Source: an uncultured bacterium
GTDB taxonomy: Bacteria > Bacteroidota > Rhodothermia > Rhodothermales > DASSAV01
Direction: 5' to 3'
NCBI GenBank assembly: GCA_966250015.1
Contig: CBINFS010000003.1
Coordinates: 76,047-140,046, forward strand
Length of the DNA: 64,000 nucleotides
Positions 29,172 through 40,525 of the stretch are shown piece after piece. The translations under genes were made by a program, and so were the position numbers. Under the pieces are notes generated by a model. It was not told the DNA's origin. It worked only from the letters and a program-made list of their open reading frames with translations, and did not search any database. The first letter of the stretch is position 1. Each line of letters starts with the position of its first letter.

Positions 29172-30431
29172 TCAGACGCCGGGCACCAGGACCACCGAGG
29201 AAAATCGTTCGGGGTTCAAAAGCTCTCTGGCAACTTCCAGGATGTCTTCTGCCGTAACGGCCTCAACTTCCTGAACCGTCTCGTCCAGGGAGATGAACCG
29301 TTCCAGGAAAAGCTCCTGACGTCCCATTCTCATCATCCGGTTACTCATACCCTCGAGCCCGAGTAGAATAGAACCTTTCACCTGGTTCTTAGCCTGATTC
29401 AATACTCTCGGGCTGACTGGTTTCTGCGCTAACTTATCAAACTCGCGAAAAATGAGCTTCTTTGCACGTTCAATTTTTGATGCATCCGTCCCCATGTACA
29501 CCCCGAAGTCACCCGTGTCCGAGTGCATGTTCGCGAATGAGTAGATGTTGTAGCAGAAACCGTATTTCTCGCGAATGTTCTGATTCAGTCGGCTCGACAT
29601 TCCCCCACCGAGCAACGTATTCAACACCGACAGGGTCGTACGCCGGGGATCGTGTACATCGAGCCCTCTTGTCCCCACCACGAGATGTGCCTGCTGGATT
29701 GGGCGAATCTGCACAAATTCGCGTGGGACGTAGCCATTTACCGGAACTCTGGATCGGTTTGTCGGCCTGCGATCGGTCGACCCGAATATTCGCCGGGCGA
29801 TCCTGACCACTTCATCGTGTTTTGCATTGCCGGCCACGGCCAGCACGGTGCGTTCCGGTGTGTAGTGTGAATCGATGTACGAAACGAGCTGGTCGCGCGA
29901 AAAGGCACGGACGGTATCCGGGAAGCCAAGAATGGGTCTGCCGAGATCGTGATCCTTGAAGATGACGGCTTCAAACTGCTCGAAGACGAGGTCCTCGGGA
30001 GTATCCTCGTACATCTTCATTTCTTCGAGCACGACCTCCTTTTCCTTTTCGAGCTCCTTGGCCGGAAAGTTGGGATGGAGGATCAAATCGGTGACGATGT
30101 CAATGGAGCGTTCGAGGTGCTCGTCGAGCGCACGGGCGTAATAACAGGTGTACTCCTTCGCCGTGAAGGCATTCAGGTAGCCCCCGACCGCCTCCATCCG
30201 CTGTGCGATGTGGTGTGTCCTCCGCTTCTCGGTACCTTTGAACACCATGTGTTCAATGAGGTGACTGATCCCCGCCTCTTCGTTCGACTCGTCACGGCTC
30301 CCGCTGTAGACCCAGAGTCCAACCGCGATGGAACGGACCGAAGGGATATGTTCCGTCAGGACCCTGACACCGTTAGGAAGAACGGTTTTGTCGAAACGCG
30401 GAAGCGCCGTTTGGCTTGATTTGCTTGTCAT
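29172..30431 (-). CDS. M16-family zinc peptidase (pitrilysin-like)
   Basis: Inverted zinc motif HLIEH in GISHLIEHMVFKGT, plus the downstream E of the motif. Confidence 0.9.
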   Translation of the reverse strand: MTSKSSQTALPRFDKTVLPNGVRVLTEHIPSVRSIAVGLWVYSGSRDESNEEAGISHLIEHMVFKGTEKRRTHHIAQRMEAVGGYLNAFTAKEYTCYYARALDEHLERSIDIVTDLILHPNFPAKELEKEKEVVLEEMKMYEDTPEDLVFEQFEAVIFKDHDLGRPILGFPDTVRAFSRDQLVSYIDSHYTPERTVLAVAGNAKHDEVVRIARRIFGSTDRRPTNRSRVPVNGYVPREFVQIRPIQQAHLVVGTRGLDVHDPRRTTLSVLNTLLGGGMSSRLNQNIREKYGFCYNIYSFANMHSDTGDFGVYMGTDASKIERAKKLIFREFDKLAQKPVSPRVLNQAKNQVKGSILLGLEGMSNRMMRMGRQELFLERFISLDETVQEVEAVTAEDILEVARELLNPERFSSVVLVPGV

Positions 30432-30524
30432 CGCACGAATCTCAAAAAAGTCAGGTTAACCCCCTATCCCAATGTACGCCGGCCAGCCATTCAAAACGCT
30501 GACGCGCCGGTTTTAGTGGATAAT

Positions 30525-30557
30525 CAAAAGGCGAGAGCCGTCGTACAGCGCTCGCCT
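30525..30557 (-). terminator. Rho-independent terminator after pnp
   Basis: Minus strand: AGGCGAG..(15-nt loop)..CTCGCCT, followed by TTTTGATT. Confidence 0.6.
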
Positions 30558-30586
30558 GATTTGATCGTAGGCACTCCGGCAGGGCA

Positions 30587-32875
30587 TTAACGGCGACCGC
30601 CGTGCCGCCCTCCCCGGCCACCACCGCCACGACGCTCTCCTTGATGACGGTCTCCCCTTTCACCTCGGTCACCCCGTTCACTACGGGCTCGCTCTCGCTC
30701 ACCATTTTCAGACCCGGGTTCGGGTTTCGGGAGGAATGGTTTGCGGCTGAGACGCAGCTTTCCGTCGTCACGGATCTCGATCAACTTGACCTTGACCTTG
30801 TCGCCCACCTGGAAGTAGTCCTCTACTTTGTCAACAAAGCCGTAATCGATTTCGGAAACGTGTAGCAGGCCTTCCTTACCGGGCAACACCTCGACGATGG
30901 CTCCAAAGCTTTGTATACTCCGGACGGTTCCCTCATATTCCTCACCCACTTCGGGCACGGCAACGATCTGCTTGATGCGATCGATTGCCGCTCTGGCATC
31001 GTCGGCTGATGTTGCGGCAATGGTAACGTAACCCAGGTTGTCACGTTCCTCGATGACGATCGTCGTGTTGGTCTCACGCTGGATCCCTTGAATGACTTTG
31101 CCGCCGGGCCCTATAATGGCGCCGATAAAGTCGGGATCGACGGTGATCTGGGTAAGGCGTGGTGCGTAGGCCGAAAGGTCGGCGCGTGGCTCGGATATCA
31201 CGGAGTACATGATGTCCAGAATGTACTCGCGACCTTCCTTTGCCTGATGTAATGCCTGGGTCAGAATTTCGCGCGTCAGTCCGCTGACCTTGATGTCCAT
31301 CTGGCAGGCCGTTACGCCATCGCGCGTGCCCGTGAGCTTGAAGTCCATGTCGCCGAGGTGATCCTCAGTCCCGAGGATGTCCGTCAGGACGCGAGTCCGC
31401 GTGCCATCAGTGATCAGGCCCATGGCGATACCGGCAACGTGTTTCTTTACCGGGACGCCGGCATCCATCAACGCGAGGGAGCCGGAGCACACGGTGGCCA
31501 TCGAAGACGAACCGTTCGACTCGAGCACGTCTCCGTTGAGGCGGATCGTGTACGGGAAAGTTTCCTCGTCGGGCAACATGCCTCCGAGTGCCCTTTCCGC
31601 GAGGTATCCGTGGCCGATCTCCCGGCGGCTCGCGCCGCGTAGCATCTTGACCTCTCCCGTGCTGAAGGGCGGGAAATCGTAATGCAGGAAGAATCGTTTC
31701 TCTTTGGTCTCGAAAATCTGATCGATCGCCTGTACGTCCCGAGCCGTTCCGAGCGTTACCGAAGCAAGCACCTGAGTTTCACCTCGGGTGAAGATCGCCG
31801 AGCCGTGAACGCGTGGAAGGTAGCCCACTTCTGCCCAGATCGGGCGAATTTCCGTCAAGCCGCGCCCGTCGATGCGCCTACCCTCTGAAAGAATCATCTC
31901 ACGCATGACGTCGCGTTCGACGATGGCTACGGCCTCCCGAATCTGCTTCTCAACCCAGCCTTCTTCCGTCATGAGGGCACGGACTTCACCGGTCTCCGGA
32001 TTGTCTACGCCAAGCAGCTGGTCAACAATACGATCCTTGATTTCCGAAATTCCGGAATAAAAGGTTTGTTTATCGTACGGCTTCCGAATGTGTGCATCGA
32101 GCGTGCCGGCAGCGAGGCTCCTGACCTTTTCGATCAGGGCTTCGGGGATGGTTACCGGTTCGAACTCGAACGGGGGCGGCGGACCGTATGCCTCAACCAG
32201 CTCACGCTGCGCACGGCATATTTTCCGAATCGCTTCGTGCGCCACCTCGAAGGCTTCGAGCACGTCCTCTTCGGCGACTTCCTGCATCGAGCCTTCCACC
32301 ATCACTATGGCGTCTTCCTTACCTGCTACGACAATGTTGATGTCGCTTTCCTTGAGCTGCTGGATAGTCGGATTAACGACGTACGATCCGTTGATACGAC
32401 CGACACGCACTTCTGCGATGGGTCCATCGAACGGGGCGCCGGCCAGCATGAGCGCTGCTGAGGCGCCGACACCGGCCAGAACGTCGGCATCGTTCTCATC
32501 GTCGGCCGAAATGACGTAGATGATGATCTGGACTTCGTTCAGGAAACCCTCGGCGAAAAGCGGACGGAGCGCACGGTCCACGAGCCGGGATGACAGAATC
32601 TCTTTGTCTGTGGGACGCCCCTCTCGTTTAATGAAACCTCCCGGGATTTTGCCGCCCGCGGAGTACTTCTCCCTGTAGTCGACCGTTAGTGGGAAGAAAC
32701 TCTGTCCCTCCTTCACTTCATCGGAGAGTACGGCCGTGCACAGGACCATCGTATCACCGAGTCGAACCACCACTGAGCCGTTGGCCTGCTTGGCCAGCTT
32801 TCCCGTCTCAATCTGGAGGAATCTGCCTGGTGTAAATTCAGCGTTTACGTTTACTACTTGTGGTTTGTCGTTCAT
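30587..32875 (-). CDS. pnp: Polyribonucleotide nucleotidyltransferase (PNPase) with an Arg/Gly-rich C-terminal tail
   Basis: Two RNase PH domains, KH and S1 domains, then ..RERARSERGDRGERGDRHQGERRGGGGRGGRHGGRR. Classic rpsO-pnp synteny. Confidence 0.97.
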   Translation of the reverse strand: MNDKPQVVNVNAEFTPGRFLQIETGKLAKQANGSVVVRLGDTMVLCTAVLSDEVKEGQSFFPLTVDYREKYSAGGKIPGGFIKREGRPTDKEILSSRLVDRALRPLFAEGFLNEVQIIIYVISADDENDADVLAGVGASAALMLAGAPFDGPIAEVRVGRINGSYVVNPTIQQLKESDINIVVAGKEDAIVMVEGSMQEVAEEDVLEAFEVAHEAIRKICRAQRELVEAYGPPPPFEFEPVTIPEALIEKVRSLAAGTLDAHIRKPYDKQTFYSGISEIKDRIVDQLLGVDNPETGEVRALMTEEGWVEKQIREAVAIVERDVMREMILSEGRRIDGRGLTEIRPIWAEVGYLPRVHGSAIFTRGETQVLASVTLGTARDVQAIDQIFETKEKRFFLHYDFPPFSTGEVKMLRGASRREIGHGYLAERALGGMLPDEETFPYTIRLNGDVLESNGSSSMATVCSGSLALMDAGVPVKKHVAGIAMGLITDGTRTRVLTDILGTEDHLGDMDFKLTGTRDGVTACQMDIKVSGLTREILTQALHQAKEGREYILDIMYSVISEPRADLSAYAPRLTQITVDPDFIGAIIGPGGKVIQGIQRETNTTIVIEERDNLGYVTIAATSADDARAAIDRIKQIVAVPEVGEEYEGTVRSIQSFGAIVEVLPGKEGLLHVSEIDYGFVDKVEDYFQVGDKVKVKLIEIRDDGKLRLSRKPFLPKPEPGSENGERERARSERGDRGERGDRHQGERRGGGGRGGRHGGRR

Positions 32876-33006
32876 TTGTTGGGTTGTCTTTTATTCTTTC
32901 TCTCCACCTACACAACAAGGGGCGGGATAATACCCACCAGTTCCGGTCGCGCAATGCCAGGGTGCAGAAGGGAAGGCCGGCAGGAAAATGCTTATGGCAC
33001 TAGCTC

Positions 33007-33043
33007 AAAAAAGGAGCGGCACCCCGAAGAATCCGGGTGCCGC
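33007..33043 (-). terminator. Rho-independent terminator after rpsO (upstream of the pnp leader)
   Basis: Minus strand: GCGGCACCC (33043-33035) pairs with GGGTGCCGC (33024-33016), then CTCC-T6. Confidence 0.75.
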
Positions 33044-33058
33044 TGGCTGGACTCACGT

Positions 33059-33325
33059 TTACTTACGAATACCAAGTTCCTTGATAATGGTACGATAACG
33101 CTCGATATCGCGTTCTGTAAGGTAATTCAGGAGTCTGCGTCGTTTACCGACGAGCTTGAGCAAACCACGGCGGGTGGAATGGTCTTTCTGGTGTTTTTTC
33201 AGATGCTCGGTCAGCTCGTTGATCCTTTTCGTAAAAATGGCGATCTGTACTTCAGGCGTCCCCGTATCGCTTTCGTTTTTACCGTATTTCGCGACGATCT
33301 CCTTTTTCTCTTCGGCTGTAATCAT
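33059..33325 (-). CDS. rpsO: 30S ribosomal protein S15
   Basis: 88 aa. [37 protein letters not shown] is canonical S15. Confidence 0.98.
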   Translation of the reverse strand: MITAEEKKEIVAKYGKNESDTGTPEVQIAIFTKRINELTEHLKKHQKDHSTRRGLLKLVGKRRRLLNYLTERDIERYRTIIKELGIRK

Positions 33326-33345
33326 TCGTTTGTGATCCTCTTTAG

Positions 33346-33354
33346 ATTATACCA
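33346..33354 (-). promoter_or_regulatory. Candidate extended -10 promoter of rpsO
   Basis: The minus strand reads TGGTATAAT, followed by SD-like AAGAGGA 8 nt before the ATG at 33325. The -35 is poor. Confidence 0.45.
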
Positions 33355-33405
33355 TGCTAAAGAAGAAGTATTCTTTCTTCTCTTCCGGATGCGACACCGC
33401 ACATC

Positions 33406-34356
33406 TCATAAAGGAGGTGAAGATACTCCATTCAATATCCCGATGCAACGCTGTTTGTCCTCATTTAGTTGCCTGACCAGGTCATCAATCGAAGCAAATC
33501 GCATTTCATCACGCAACCTTCTAACAAACAGCACTTCTATCGAACGCTCGTACAGCTCACTTTCGAAGTCGATTATGTGTACTTCGATTTTGACCGGACC
33601 TCCGCCAAAGGTCGGCCGCCTGCCGATATTCATCATGCCTTTCAACAGGCGGCCGCTTGAATCGACGTTGACCATTACGGCGTAGACTCCTTCCCTGGGT
33701 ACCAGCTTGCGGGGATGATCGACCTGAATGTTGGCTGTTGGAAATCCGATACTTCGGCCCCTTGCGGCTCCAGGCACCACCGTCCCCCGCAGGCTGTACC
33801 AACGTCCCAACATTTCGGCCGCCCCGCCGACGTCCCCGGCTTCTAGTAACAACCTTCTGATACCAGTCGACGAGACGACGTGCTGGTCGAGCACCGCCGG
33901 CGGCACGAGATCGACTCCATAACCCAAATCCTCTGCGAGGCGGCCGAGCAAATCCCGGTTCCCGCTTCTGTCTTTCCCGAAAGCGTGGTCGTAGCCGATC
34001 ACGATCTCCTTCATGCCAATCGTACCCACGAGATATTCCTCGACGAACGTTTCGGCTCGGAGCGCAGCAAATTCCCTGGTAAAAGGAATGACGATCAATC
34101 GGTCGACGCCCAGGTCTTCCATGATAAGAGCGCGTTCGTCGACGGTCGTGAGTAGCGGGACCGCCTCGTTCTGTACAACTTCCCTCGGATGTGGATCGAA
34201 CGTCACCACCGTGCTCGCACCCCCTGATTCCTTTGCACGCTCGACGAGATAAAGCAGTATGGCCCGATGGCCGACGTGAACACCGTCAAATGTACCGACG
34301 GTAACCAGTGACGAATCGTCGCGACGTATTTCGCTCAGCCCAACTTCAAGCTTCAT
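33406..34356 (-). CDS. ribF: Bifunctional riboflavin kinase / FAD synthetase
   Basis: VGTFDGVHVGHR nucleotidyltransferase motif and a C-terminal riboflavin kinase domain (PTANI, E..H). Confidence 0.95.
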   Translation of the reverse strand: MKLEVGLSEIRRDDSSLVTVGTFDGVHVGHRAILLYLVERAKESGGASTVVTFDPHPREVVQNEAVPLLTTVDERALIMEDLGVDRLIVIPFTREFAALRAETFVEEYLVGTIGMKEIVIGYDHAFGKDRSGNRDLLGRLAEDLGYGVDLVPPAVLDQHVVSSTGIRRLLLEAGDVGGAAEMLGRWYSLRGTVVPGAARGRSIGFPTANIQVDHPRKLVPREGVYAVMVNVDSSGRLLKGMMNIGRRPTFGGGPVKIEVHIIDFESELYERSIEVLFVRRLRDEMRFASIDDLVRQLNEDKQRCIGILNGVSSPPL

Positions 34357-34368
34357 GAGTTCCGTAAT

Positions 34369-35163
34369 TCACCTGTCTGAGGGTCCGGGAGAGTCGGCGG
34401 AAGGCAGAACGCGTTCGAGTGCGTCGATGGTCCACGCGTCACGGACGTCCAAATCACCGATGGCCGTACGTCTAAGGGCAACCAGGTGCGCTCCTACGCC
34501 CAAACGCTGGCCAAAATCGTGCGCCAGGCTACGGATGTAGGTACCTTTGGAGCATCGAATCACAAAACTTACGTCTTGCCCCCGGACGTCCGTGATGTCG
34601 AACGAATAAACGCTCACGTGCCGAGGGGGCCGTTCGATGCTTTCACCACGGCGAGCCTTCTTGTATAACCTCTCCCCTCCCACCTTGACCGCTGAATACA
34701 TTGGCGGAAGCTGTACGATCTCTCCAATGAACTGACTTTTTGCCCTTTCGAGATCTTCCGACGTGATGTGACGCCAGTCGCGCGTTTCCAGCACTTCCGT
34801 GTCGGCGTCGTAGGAAGCCGTCGTTTCGCCCAGCCTCATCGCACCCGTATACGTTTTGGGTGCCTCGAGCCACTTCGTCATCTGTCGGGTCGCCTTACCG
34901 AGAAGACAAATGAGAAGGCCCGTTGCCATGGGGTCGAGCGTCCCGGCATGACCGATCCTTCGAAGACGAGTAAGCTTTCGCAACCTGCGGATGACGTCGA
35001 ACGAGGTCCACCCGGCCGGCTTATCGACGGGGAGCACGACGTTATCCCAACTACCTGGTAATTCGTCGGTCGCACGGAGAATAACGTCAGGAGAAGAGAT
35101 CACGACCGGGAGGTATTGCGATTCAGCGGGAAAGAGACCTGAAGTCGAAACGACGGTGTTCAA
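34369..35163 (-). CDS. truB: tRNA pseudouridine-55 synthase
   Basis: [17 protein letters not shown] and [14 protein letters not shown] with the catalytic Asp. The TTG start overlaps the rbfA stop (TTGA); the start is uncertain. Confidence 0.93.
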   Translation of the reverse strand: MNTVVSTSGLFPAESQYLPVVISSPDVILRATDELPGSWDNVVLPVDKPAGWTSFDVIRRLRKLTRLRRIGHAGTLDPMATGLLICLLGKATRQMTKWLEAPKTYTGAMRLGETTASYDADTEVLETRDWRHITSEDLERAKSQFIGEIVQLPPMYSAVKVGGERLYKKARRGESIERPPRHVSVYSFDITDVRGQDVSFVIRCSKGTYIRSLAHDFGQRLGVGAHLVALRRTAIGDLDVRDAWTIDALERVLPSADSPGPSDR

Positions 35164-35528
35164 GATTCACGGCGAGCCCGTTCTGCACGGATTCGATCAA
35201 ACAGATCCTCTAGATGTTGTGCCTTCTCCAGTGACTCGTCGAGAAAGAGACGCAGCTCAGGGATCGAGCGCACCTGATGGCGAATCCGCCCGGCCAGCAC
35301 GGTACGCAGCTCCGGTAGAAGGCTCTCGAGCTGCTTGAACGCCGCCTGTCGCTGCGCAGACGTATCGCCCAGAACACTGACGTATATGTACGCAATGGAA
35401 AGGTCTTTCGTCACCCGAACGTCGGTAACCGTTACCATCGGCTGCAACTGCTCGCGATATTCGGTGGTCAGAATGTCAGCCACCTCGCGTTGCAGCAGCT
35501 TCGCAATACGTTCTGTTCTTATGCTCAT
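35160..35528 (-). CDS. rbfA: Ribosome-binding factor A
   Basis: [40 protein letters not shown] 35528 is preferred over the track start at 35594. Confidence 0.93.
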   Translation of the reverse strand: MSIRTERIAKLLQREVADILTTEYREQLQPMVTVTDVRVTKDLSIAYIYVSVLGDTSAQRQAAFKQLESLLPELRTVLAGRIRHQVRSIPELRLFLDESLEKAQHLEDLFDRIRAERARRES

Positions 35529-35614
35529 TGGAGTACAGGGCGCTCTACAAAGCCTTCCTCCATCATCGCATTCACGATCGAAGAGGAAGTACACCCGCAG
35601 GGAACCCGATGTGG

Positions 35615-38509
35615 TTATCGCTCTAGCTTACGTTTCGTCTCGACGATCTCGAAGGATTCGATCTGGTCGCCAATGTTGATGTCATTGAAGTTCTCGATCG
35701 AGAGGCCGCACTCGTACCCGCTTTGCACTTCCCGAGCGTCGTCTTTGAATCGTTTCAGTGAAGAGATGTGGCCGGTATGGATGACGACGCCGTCGCGGAT
35801 CACGCGTATCCGATCGCTTCGGTGAATCCTGCCTTCGACGACGTAACAGCCGGCAACTGTCCCGACCTTCGGCACCCGAAACGTATTCCTGACTTCTACA
35901 ACACCCGTGATCTTCTCCGTCTCTTCGGGAGTTAGCAGGCCTTCAAGAGCGTCGCGCACGTCTTCGATTGCCTTGTAAATGATCGAATAGGTACGAATGT
36001 CGATCTCCTCCCTTTCGGCGAGCAGACGTGCACCAGCGATGGGACGGACCTGGAACCCGATGATGACGGCATCCGACGCGGAGGCAAGCATGACGTCACT
36101 TTCGGTGATGGCGCCTACACCGCTGTGGATGATGTTGACCGCGACTTCATCGGTTGAGAGCTTCAACAGAGAATCTGCAAGTGCCTCAACTGAACCGCCC
36201 ACGTCTGCCTTGATGATCAAGTTAAGCTCGCGGAACTCTCCCAGGGCAAGACGGCGTCCGATCTCGTCGAGCGTAACGTGTTTGCGTTGCCTGAGGGCCT
36301 GCTCACGATGGATCTGTTGCCTGCGCTGTGCGATTTCCCTGGCCTCTCGCTCTTCGTTGAGAACGACGAACTGGTCGCCCACTTCGGGCGCACCGTCGAA
36401 GCCAATAACCAGCGCCGGCTGCGCGGGGCCTACTTCGTCTACACGGTTGTCGCGCTCGTCAAACATGGCGCGAACACGCCCGCTGTAGATACCCGCAATG
36501 AACGGGTCACCGACCCTGAGCGTGCCATTCTGTACCAGTACGGTTGCCACGTTTCCACGTCCCTTTTCGAGACGGCTTTCGATGATGACACCCGTTGCCT
36601 TCCGCTTGAAATTGCCTCTCAGCTCGAGCAGATCGGCCTCGAGGAGCACCTTATCCAAAAGGTCACTTACTCCTTCACCCGTCTTGGCCGAGACAAAGCT
36701 CGCCTGGACCTTTCCGCCATACTGCTCGACTAGCACATTGTGGTCGGCGAGCTGCTGCATAACCCGTTGCGGATTGGCTTCGGGCTTATCGATCTTGTTG
36801 ATCGCGACCACAATCGGCACGTTGGCGGCCTTTGCGTGATTTATGGCCTCAACGGTCTGAGGCATCACGGCGTCGTCAGCGGCAACCACCAGAATGACCA
36901 CGTCGGTCGCCTGGGCGCCACGGGCACGCATGGCCGTGAAGGCCTCGTGGCCCGGGGTGTCGAGGAAGGTAATCTGACGGCCATCCTGTAGCTGGACGTT
37001 GTAGGCACCAATGTGCTGTGTGATGCCACCGGCCTCTCCCGCCACGACGTTCGTCCGGCGTATGAAGTCCAGCAAAGAAGTTTTACCGTGGTCGACGTGG
37101 CCCATGACGGTCACGACGGGTGCGCGAGGCTGCAAGTCTTCCGGACGGTCCTCTTCAAGATCGAGATCCACCTCTCCAAAGTCGGTGATGAACTCGACCT
37201 CGTAGCCAAATTCATCGGCAACGAAGGTGATCGTATCGGCGTCGAGCCGCTGGTTGATTGAAACCATCAGGCCCGATTTGAATAGCATGCTGATGATCTC
37301 CGTCACGGGAACGTTGAGCAGGTTGGCCAGCTCACCCGTTGAGATGAACTCGGTCACCCGAATGGTGTGGCTGCTCTCCTGCTCTTGCATGCGATCGCGT
37401 TCTCTATCGGCTGCGCGTTCTTCACGGCGCTGGCGGCGACGGCGTTGCCTGACGCGGCCCGCACCATGTTCGAGCTCGCGCAGGGTTTCCTGCATCGTGC
37501 TTTCGATGTCTGCCTCGTCGATCTCCAGGCCTTTGCGGCGCTTGCGCTTCTTCTTGTCCTTATCCGTCAAGACAGAAGCCTTACCGGGGCGTTCTACTTT
37601 TTCTTCGAGCACCTCCGCAATTGCCGGAACCTCTTCCTTGCCCTTTCTCTTTCTCTTACGCTTTTTCTTTTTCTTCCCGGCAGCTTCTTCAAGGCTACTC
37701 AGGTCAATTTTCCCAATGACCTTCGTTCCGGCAAGTTTGTATCGATCGGCAGTCAGAATGCCATCGTCGAGTATGACCGGTTTACTCGTAGACTCGTCGA
37801 CGAGATCGGTGTCTTCGATTTCTTCAACGGTTTCATCCTCTACTTCATCCGCAATCTGATCGACGTCGACCACTTCCCCCGTCTCTTCCTCGACTTCCTG
37901 AAGTGCCGGCTCCATTGTTTCCAGGCTTTCAGGTTCGAGGACCTCCCTTACGCCGTTTTCAGAATAGATATCGGACTGGTCGGCGCCAGCCTCGACGGGT
38001 TCAGGGGTAGGCTCGGGCGTTTCCTTCTCAACGGCCTGGCTTTCAACCGGGACTTCTTCGGTCTCTTCGGCCTCAGGCATGGAAACCGGTGGCCTGGCCT
38101 CAACCTCTTTGGGACGTTCTTCCTCTTCAGTGGCTTCGACCGGAGGCAATTCGACGTGTTCGGGCACCTCGGGTGCTGCCGGTTTTTCAGGCTGGGGCTC
38201 CGGTTTGGGCGTCGACACCTCCCGATCTACTGCGGGCCGTTCGTAAGCTTCTTCCTGTTCTTCCGATTCGGTGCGAATAGCCGTACGCTTCTCTTTCACC
38301 CTCGAAGCTGCTGCTCTATCCGCAGCGAAAGCCTCGAGTAGCTCCTGGTAAGCTTCCTCAGATACAATGGAGGCGTTGATACCCGTACCTTCGAGGACCT
38401 TGGTAAAGCCTTCGACTTGCAGGTGCTCCACCAGTGTATCGACGGCTACATTGAGCTCTTTCGAAACCTGAAACAGTCTTTTTTTAAACTTTTTGTTCTC
38501 TTTCGCCAT
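35615..38509 (-). CDS. infB: Translation initiation factor IF-2
   Basis: G-domain [29 protein letters not shown]. Long acidic N-terminal region with K/R clusters. ATG 38509 (MAKENKKF) is preferred. Confidence 0.97.
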   Translation of the reverse strand: MAKENKKFKKRLFQVSKELNVAVDTLVEHLQVEGFTKVLEGTGINASIVSEEAYQELLEAFAADRAAASRVKEKRTAIRTESEEQEEAYERPAVDREVSTPKPEPQPEKPAAPEVPEHVELPPVEATEEEERPKEVEARPPVSMPEAEETEEVPVESQAVEKETPEPTPEPVEAGADQSDIYSENGVREVLEPESLETMEPALQEVEEETGEVVDVDQIADEVEDETVEEIEDTDLVDESTSKPVILDDGILTADRYKLAGTKVIGKIDLSSLEEAAGKKKKKRKRKRKGKEEVPAIAEVLEEKVERPGKASVLTDKDKKKRKRRKGLEIDEADIESTMQETLRELEHGAGRVRQRRRRQRREERAADRERDRMQEQESSHTIRVTEFISTGELANLLNVPVTEIISMLFKSGLMVSINQRLDADTITFVADEFGYEVEFITDFGEVDLDLEEDRPEDLQPRAPVVTVMGHVDHGKTSLLDFIRRTNVVAGEAGGITQHIGAYNVQLQDGRQITFLDTPGHEAFTAMRARGAQATDVVILVVAADDAVMPQTVEAINHAKAANVPIVVAINKIDKPEANPQRVMQQLADHNVLVEQYGGKVQASFVSAKTGEGVSDLLDKVLLEADLLELRGNFKRKATGVIIESRLEKGRGNVATVLVQNGTLRVGDPFIAGIYSGRVRAMFDERDNRVDEVGPAQPALVIGFDGAPEVGDQFVVLNEEREAREIAQRRQQIHREQALRQRKHVTLDEIGRRLALGEFRELNLIIKADVGGSVEALADSLLKLSTDEVAVNIIHSGVGAITESDVMLASASDAVIIGFQVRPIAGARLLAEREEIDIRTYSIIYKAIEDVRDALEGLLTPEETEKITGVVEVRNTFRVPKVGTVAGCYVVEGRIHRSDRIRVIRDGVVIHTGHISSLKRFKDDAREVQSGYECGLSIENFNDINIGDQIESFEIVETKRKLER

Positions 38510-38590
38510 GAACCACACTAATTGAAATACAAGCACCGAGTCGTAGCCCTTACCGCTACCGGCCTTCAGGTTGCCTACGTACCATACGCA

Positions 38591-39859
38591 TTAACCTTCG
38601 AATTCTTCTTCCTCTTCATCCTCGAATTCCGCCCGGATAACCGACAACACGTGCCGGGCGGTCTCCACGTCGAGCCCGGAGCGACGCACCAGCTCGTCGA
38701 CGCTCAGCTCCAATACCACCTTGGCCGAATCACAGCCGATGTCACGCAACCGTTGGACAGTCTCGGGGGCGAGCTCGTCGGCAAACTCGCCAATCTCGAT
38801 GTCCTCCTCGTCCGGCGGGATCTCCCGGTAGACGTCGATCTCATAACCGGTCAACTGCGAGGCCAGACGAATGTTGATACCGCCTCTACCGATGGCCTGG
38901 CTGACTTCGTCCGCACGCACCTCAACCTTGGCGCGCGGTGGATCGAGGTCGTTATTAATGGTAACCGACTTCGGATGCGCCGGTGAAAGCGCACGTTTGA
39001 TCATTTCAACCGGATCGTCGGACCACTCGAGCACGTCAATATTTTCGTTGCCGAGCTCGCGGACCACTGCGTGGATACGTACACCTTTGATTCCCACACA
39101 GGCGCCGACCGGGTCGATTCGTTCGTCGTGGCTGACGACGGCCACTTTCGCACGCTCACCCGGCTCACGAACGATCTTTTTGATCTCGACGATGCCGTCG
39201 TAAATCTCCGGCACCTCGAGCTCGAAGAGCCGCTCCATGAAGATGGGGTCAGCGCGGCTAATGATGACCTGCGGGCTGCCCCCGGCATCACGGATAACTT
39301 CCTTTACGACCGCCCTCAGCATGTCGCCTTTTCTGTAGCGGTCTTTGAAGATCTGCTCCTCACGCGGAAGAATGAGCTCCACCCGGTTGTGGATCACCAG
39401 AACCTCGCGCCGTCGCACCTGATAGATTTCACCAACAACGATTTCCCCAACCAGGTCGTTATAGACGCGGTATATGTTTTCCTTCTCAATATCTCTGATG
39501 CGCTGGCTGAATAGCTGGCGGGCCGTCATGATAGCTCGGCGCCCGAACTCCGCTATGTTTACCTCACTCGCGACCTCGTCCGATATTTCGAAATCTTCGC
39601 CTATCTTTTTGGCGTCGGAGTACTCGATCTGGGTCACCGGATCTTCGAGATCCATATCGGGCACGACCTCGCGGATGTGCAGCACCTGAATGTCGCCGTG
39701 ATCCGGATTAAAAATGATTTCGAAGGACTCATCCGAGCCATACCGTTTGCGGATCATCGCACGAAATACGTCTTCGACGATCATTTGAAGCGTATCGCGG
39801 TCGATATCTTTTTCGCGCGCTATCTCCGCGAAGGAGGATACCAGTACTGAGCTATGCAT
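38591..39859 (-). CDS. nusA: Transcription termination/antitermination factor NusA
   Basis: N-terminal domain, S1, two KH domains (ACVGIKGVRI, AIGRGGINIRLA), and an acidic C-terminus. Confidence 0.97.
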   Translation of the reverse strand: MHSSVLVSSFAEIAREKDIDRDTLQMIVEDVFRAMIRKRYGSDESFEIIFNPDHGDIQVLHIREVVPDMDLEDPVTQIEYSDAKKIGEDFEISDEVASEVNIAEFGRRAIMTARQLFSQRIRDIEKENIYRVYNDLVGEIVVGEIYQVRRREVLVIHNRVELILPREEQIFKDRYRKGDMLRAVVKEVIRDAGGSPQVIISRADPIFMERLFELEVPEIYDGIVEIKKIVREPGERAKVAVVSHDERIDPVGACVGIKGVRIHAVVRELGNENIDVLEWSDDPVEMIKRALSPAHPKSVTINNDLDPPRAKVEVRADEVSQAIGRGGINIRLASQLTGYEIDVYREIPPDEEDIEIGEFADELAPETVQRLRDIGCDSAKVVLELSVDELVRRSGLDVETARHVLSVIRAEFEDEEEEEFEG

Positions 39860-39924
39860 ACGGCTACTCTGTCTTTTTAAAAATCATACCGATAACCGCC
39901 GTTTTAGTCTGGCGTCGGAATGTA

Positions 39925-40410
39925 TTACCAGGGCAATTTTACTTTGGCGACCTTTATGTTTTCGTACGGCAATCGGAGGCTATCACCGTCCGGCAGCTTC
40001 AATTCGATAGCCCTTTCGTCACTGGCCGTAAGCAGACCGATGACCGATTTTTCGCTTTCCTGATTCTCTGTCAAATAGCTTACCTGTAAGGTCCGTCCTA
40101 CGTTCTTTTTGTATTGACGGGGCTGGCCGAGCGGCCGATCGACGCCCGGGCTCGACACGTTCAGCGAATACCGATCCGTAAACACTTCCTCGGTATCGAG
40201 CAGAAATCCCACCTCGCGGTTGACGCGGGCGAGCTCCTCGACGTCGAGCGCCTCGTCGCTATCAATGAATATTTCCACTACCTGTGATCCTGACCTCCCT
40301 CTTATGGCGACGTCGACGAGAAAAAGCGGGCTGTTCGCGATCACTTCCTCGACGGCTGCCCTGACTTTTTCCAGTCGCGGGTCGGATACGGTATGTCCCT
40401 TTTCCGTCAT
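39925..40410 (-). CDS. rimP: Ribosome maturation factor RimP
   Basis: ..YSLNVSSPGVDRPL.. RimP signature. ATG 40410 (MTEKGH) gives a normal length of about 161 aa. The track start at 40527 would run through two terminator hairpins. Confidence 0.9.
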   Translation of the reverse strand: MTEKGHTVSDPRLEKVRAAVEEVIANSPLFLVDVAIRGRSGSQVVEIFIDSDEALDVEELARVNREVGFLLDTEEVFTDRYSLNVSSPGVDRPLGQPRQYKKNVGRTLQVSYLTENQESEKSVIGLLTASDERAIELKLPDGDSLRLPYENIKVAKVKLPW

Positions 40411-40426
40411 TTCGACTATATGTTGC

Positions 40427-40457
40427 AAAAAACGCCCGTACCCCAGGGGACGGGCGT
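40427..40457 (-). terminator. Leader hairpin 2 (terminator-like), 17 nt upstream of the rimP ATG
   Basis: Minus strand: ACGCCCGT..ACGGGCGT (8-bp stem), followed by TTTTTTGC. Confidence 0.6.
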
Positions 40458-40481
40458 TGACATAAACTTCGTCACGCCAAT

Positions 40482-40510
40482 AAAAAGGGGCGGCTTGCAA
40501 CGGCCTCCCC
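40482..40510 (-). terminator. Leader hairpin 1 (terminator-like), downstream of nadB and upstream of rimP
   Basis: Minus strand: GGGGAGGC-(8-nt loop)-GCCGCCCC (7 of 8 pairs), followed by TTTTTATT. Confidence 0.6.
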
Positions 40511-40525
40511 GTTCCTCTAAACTCC

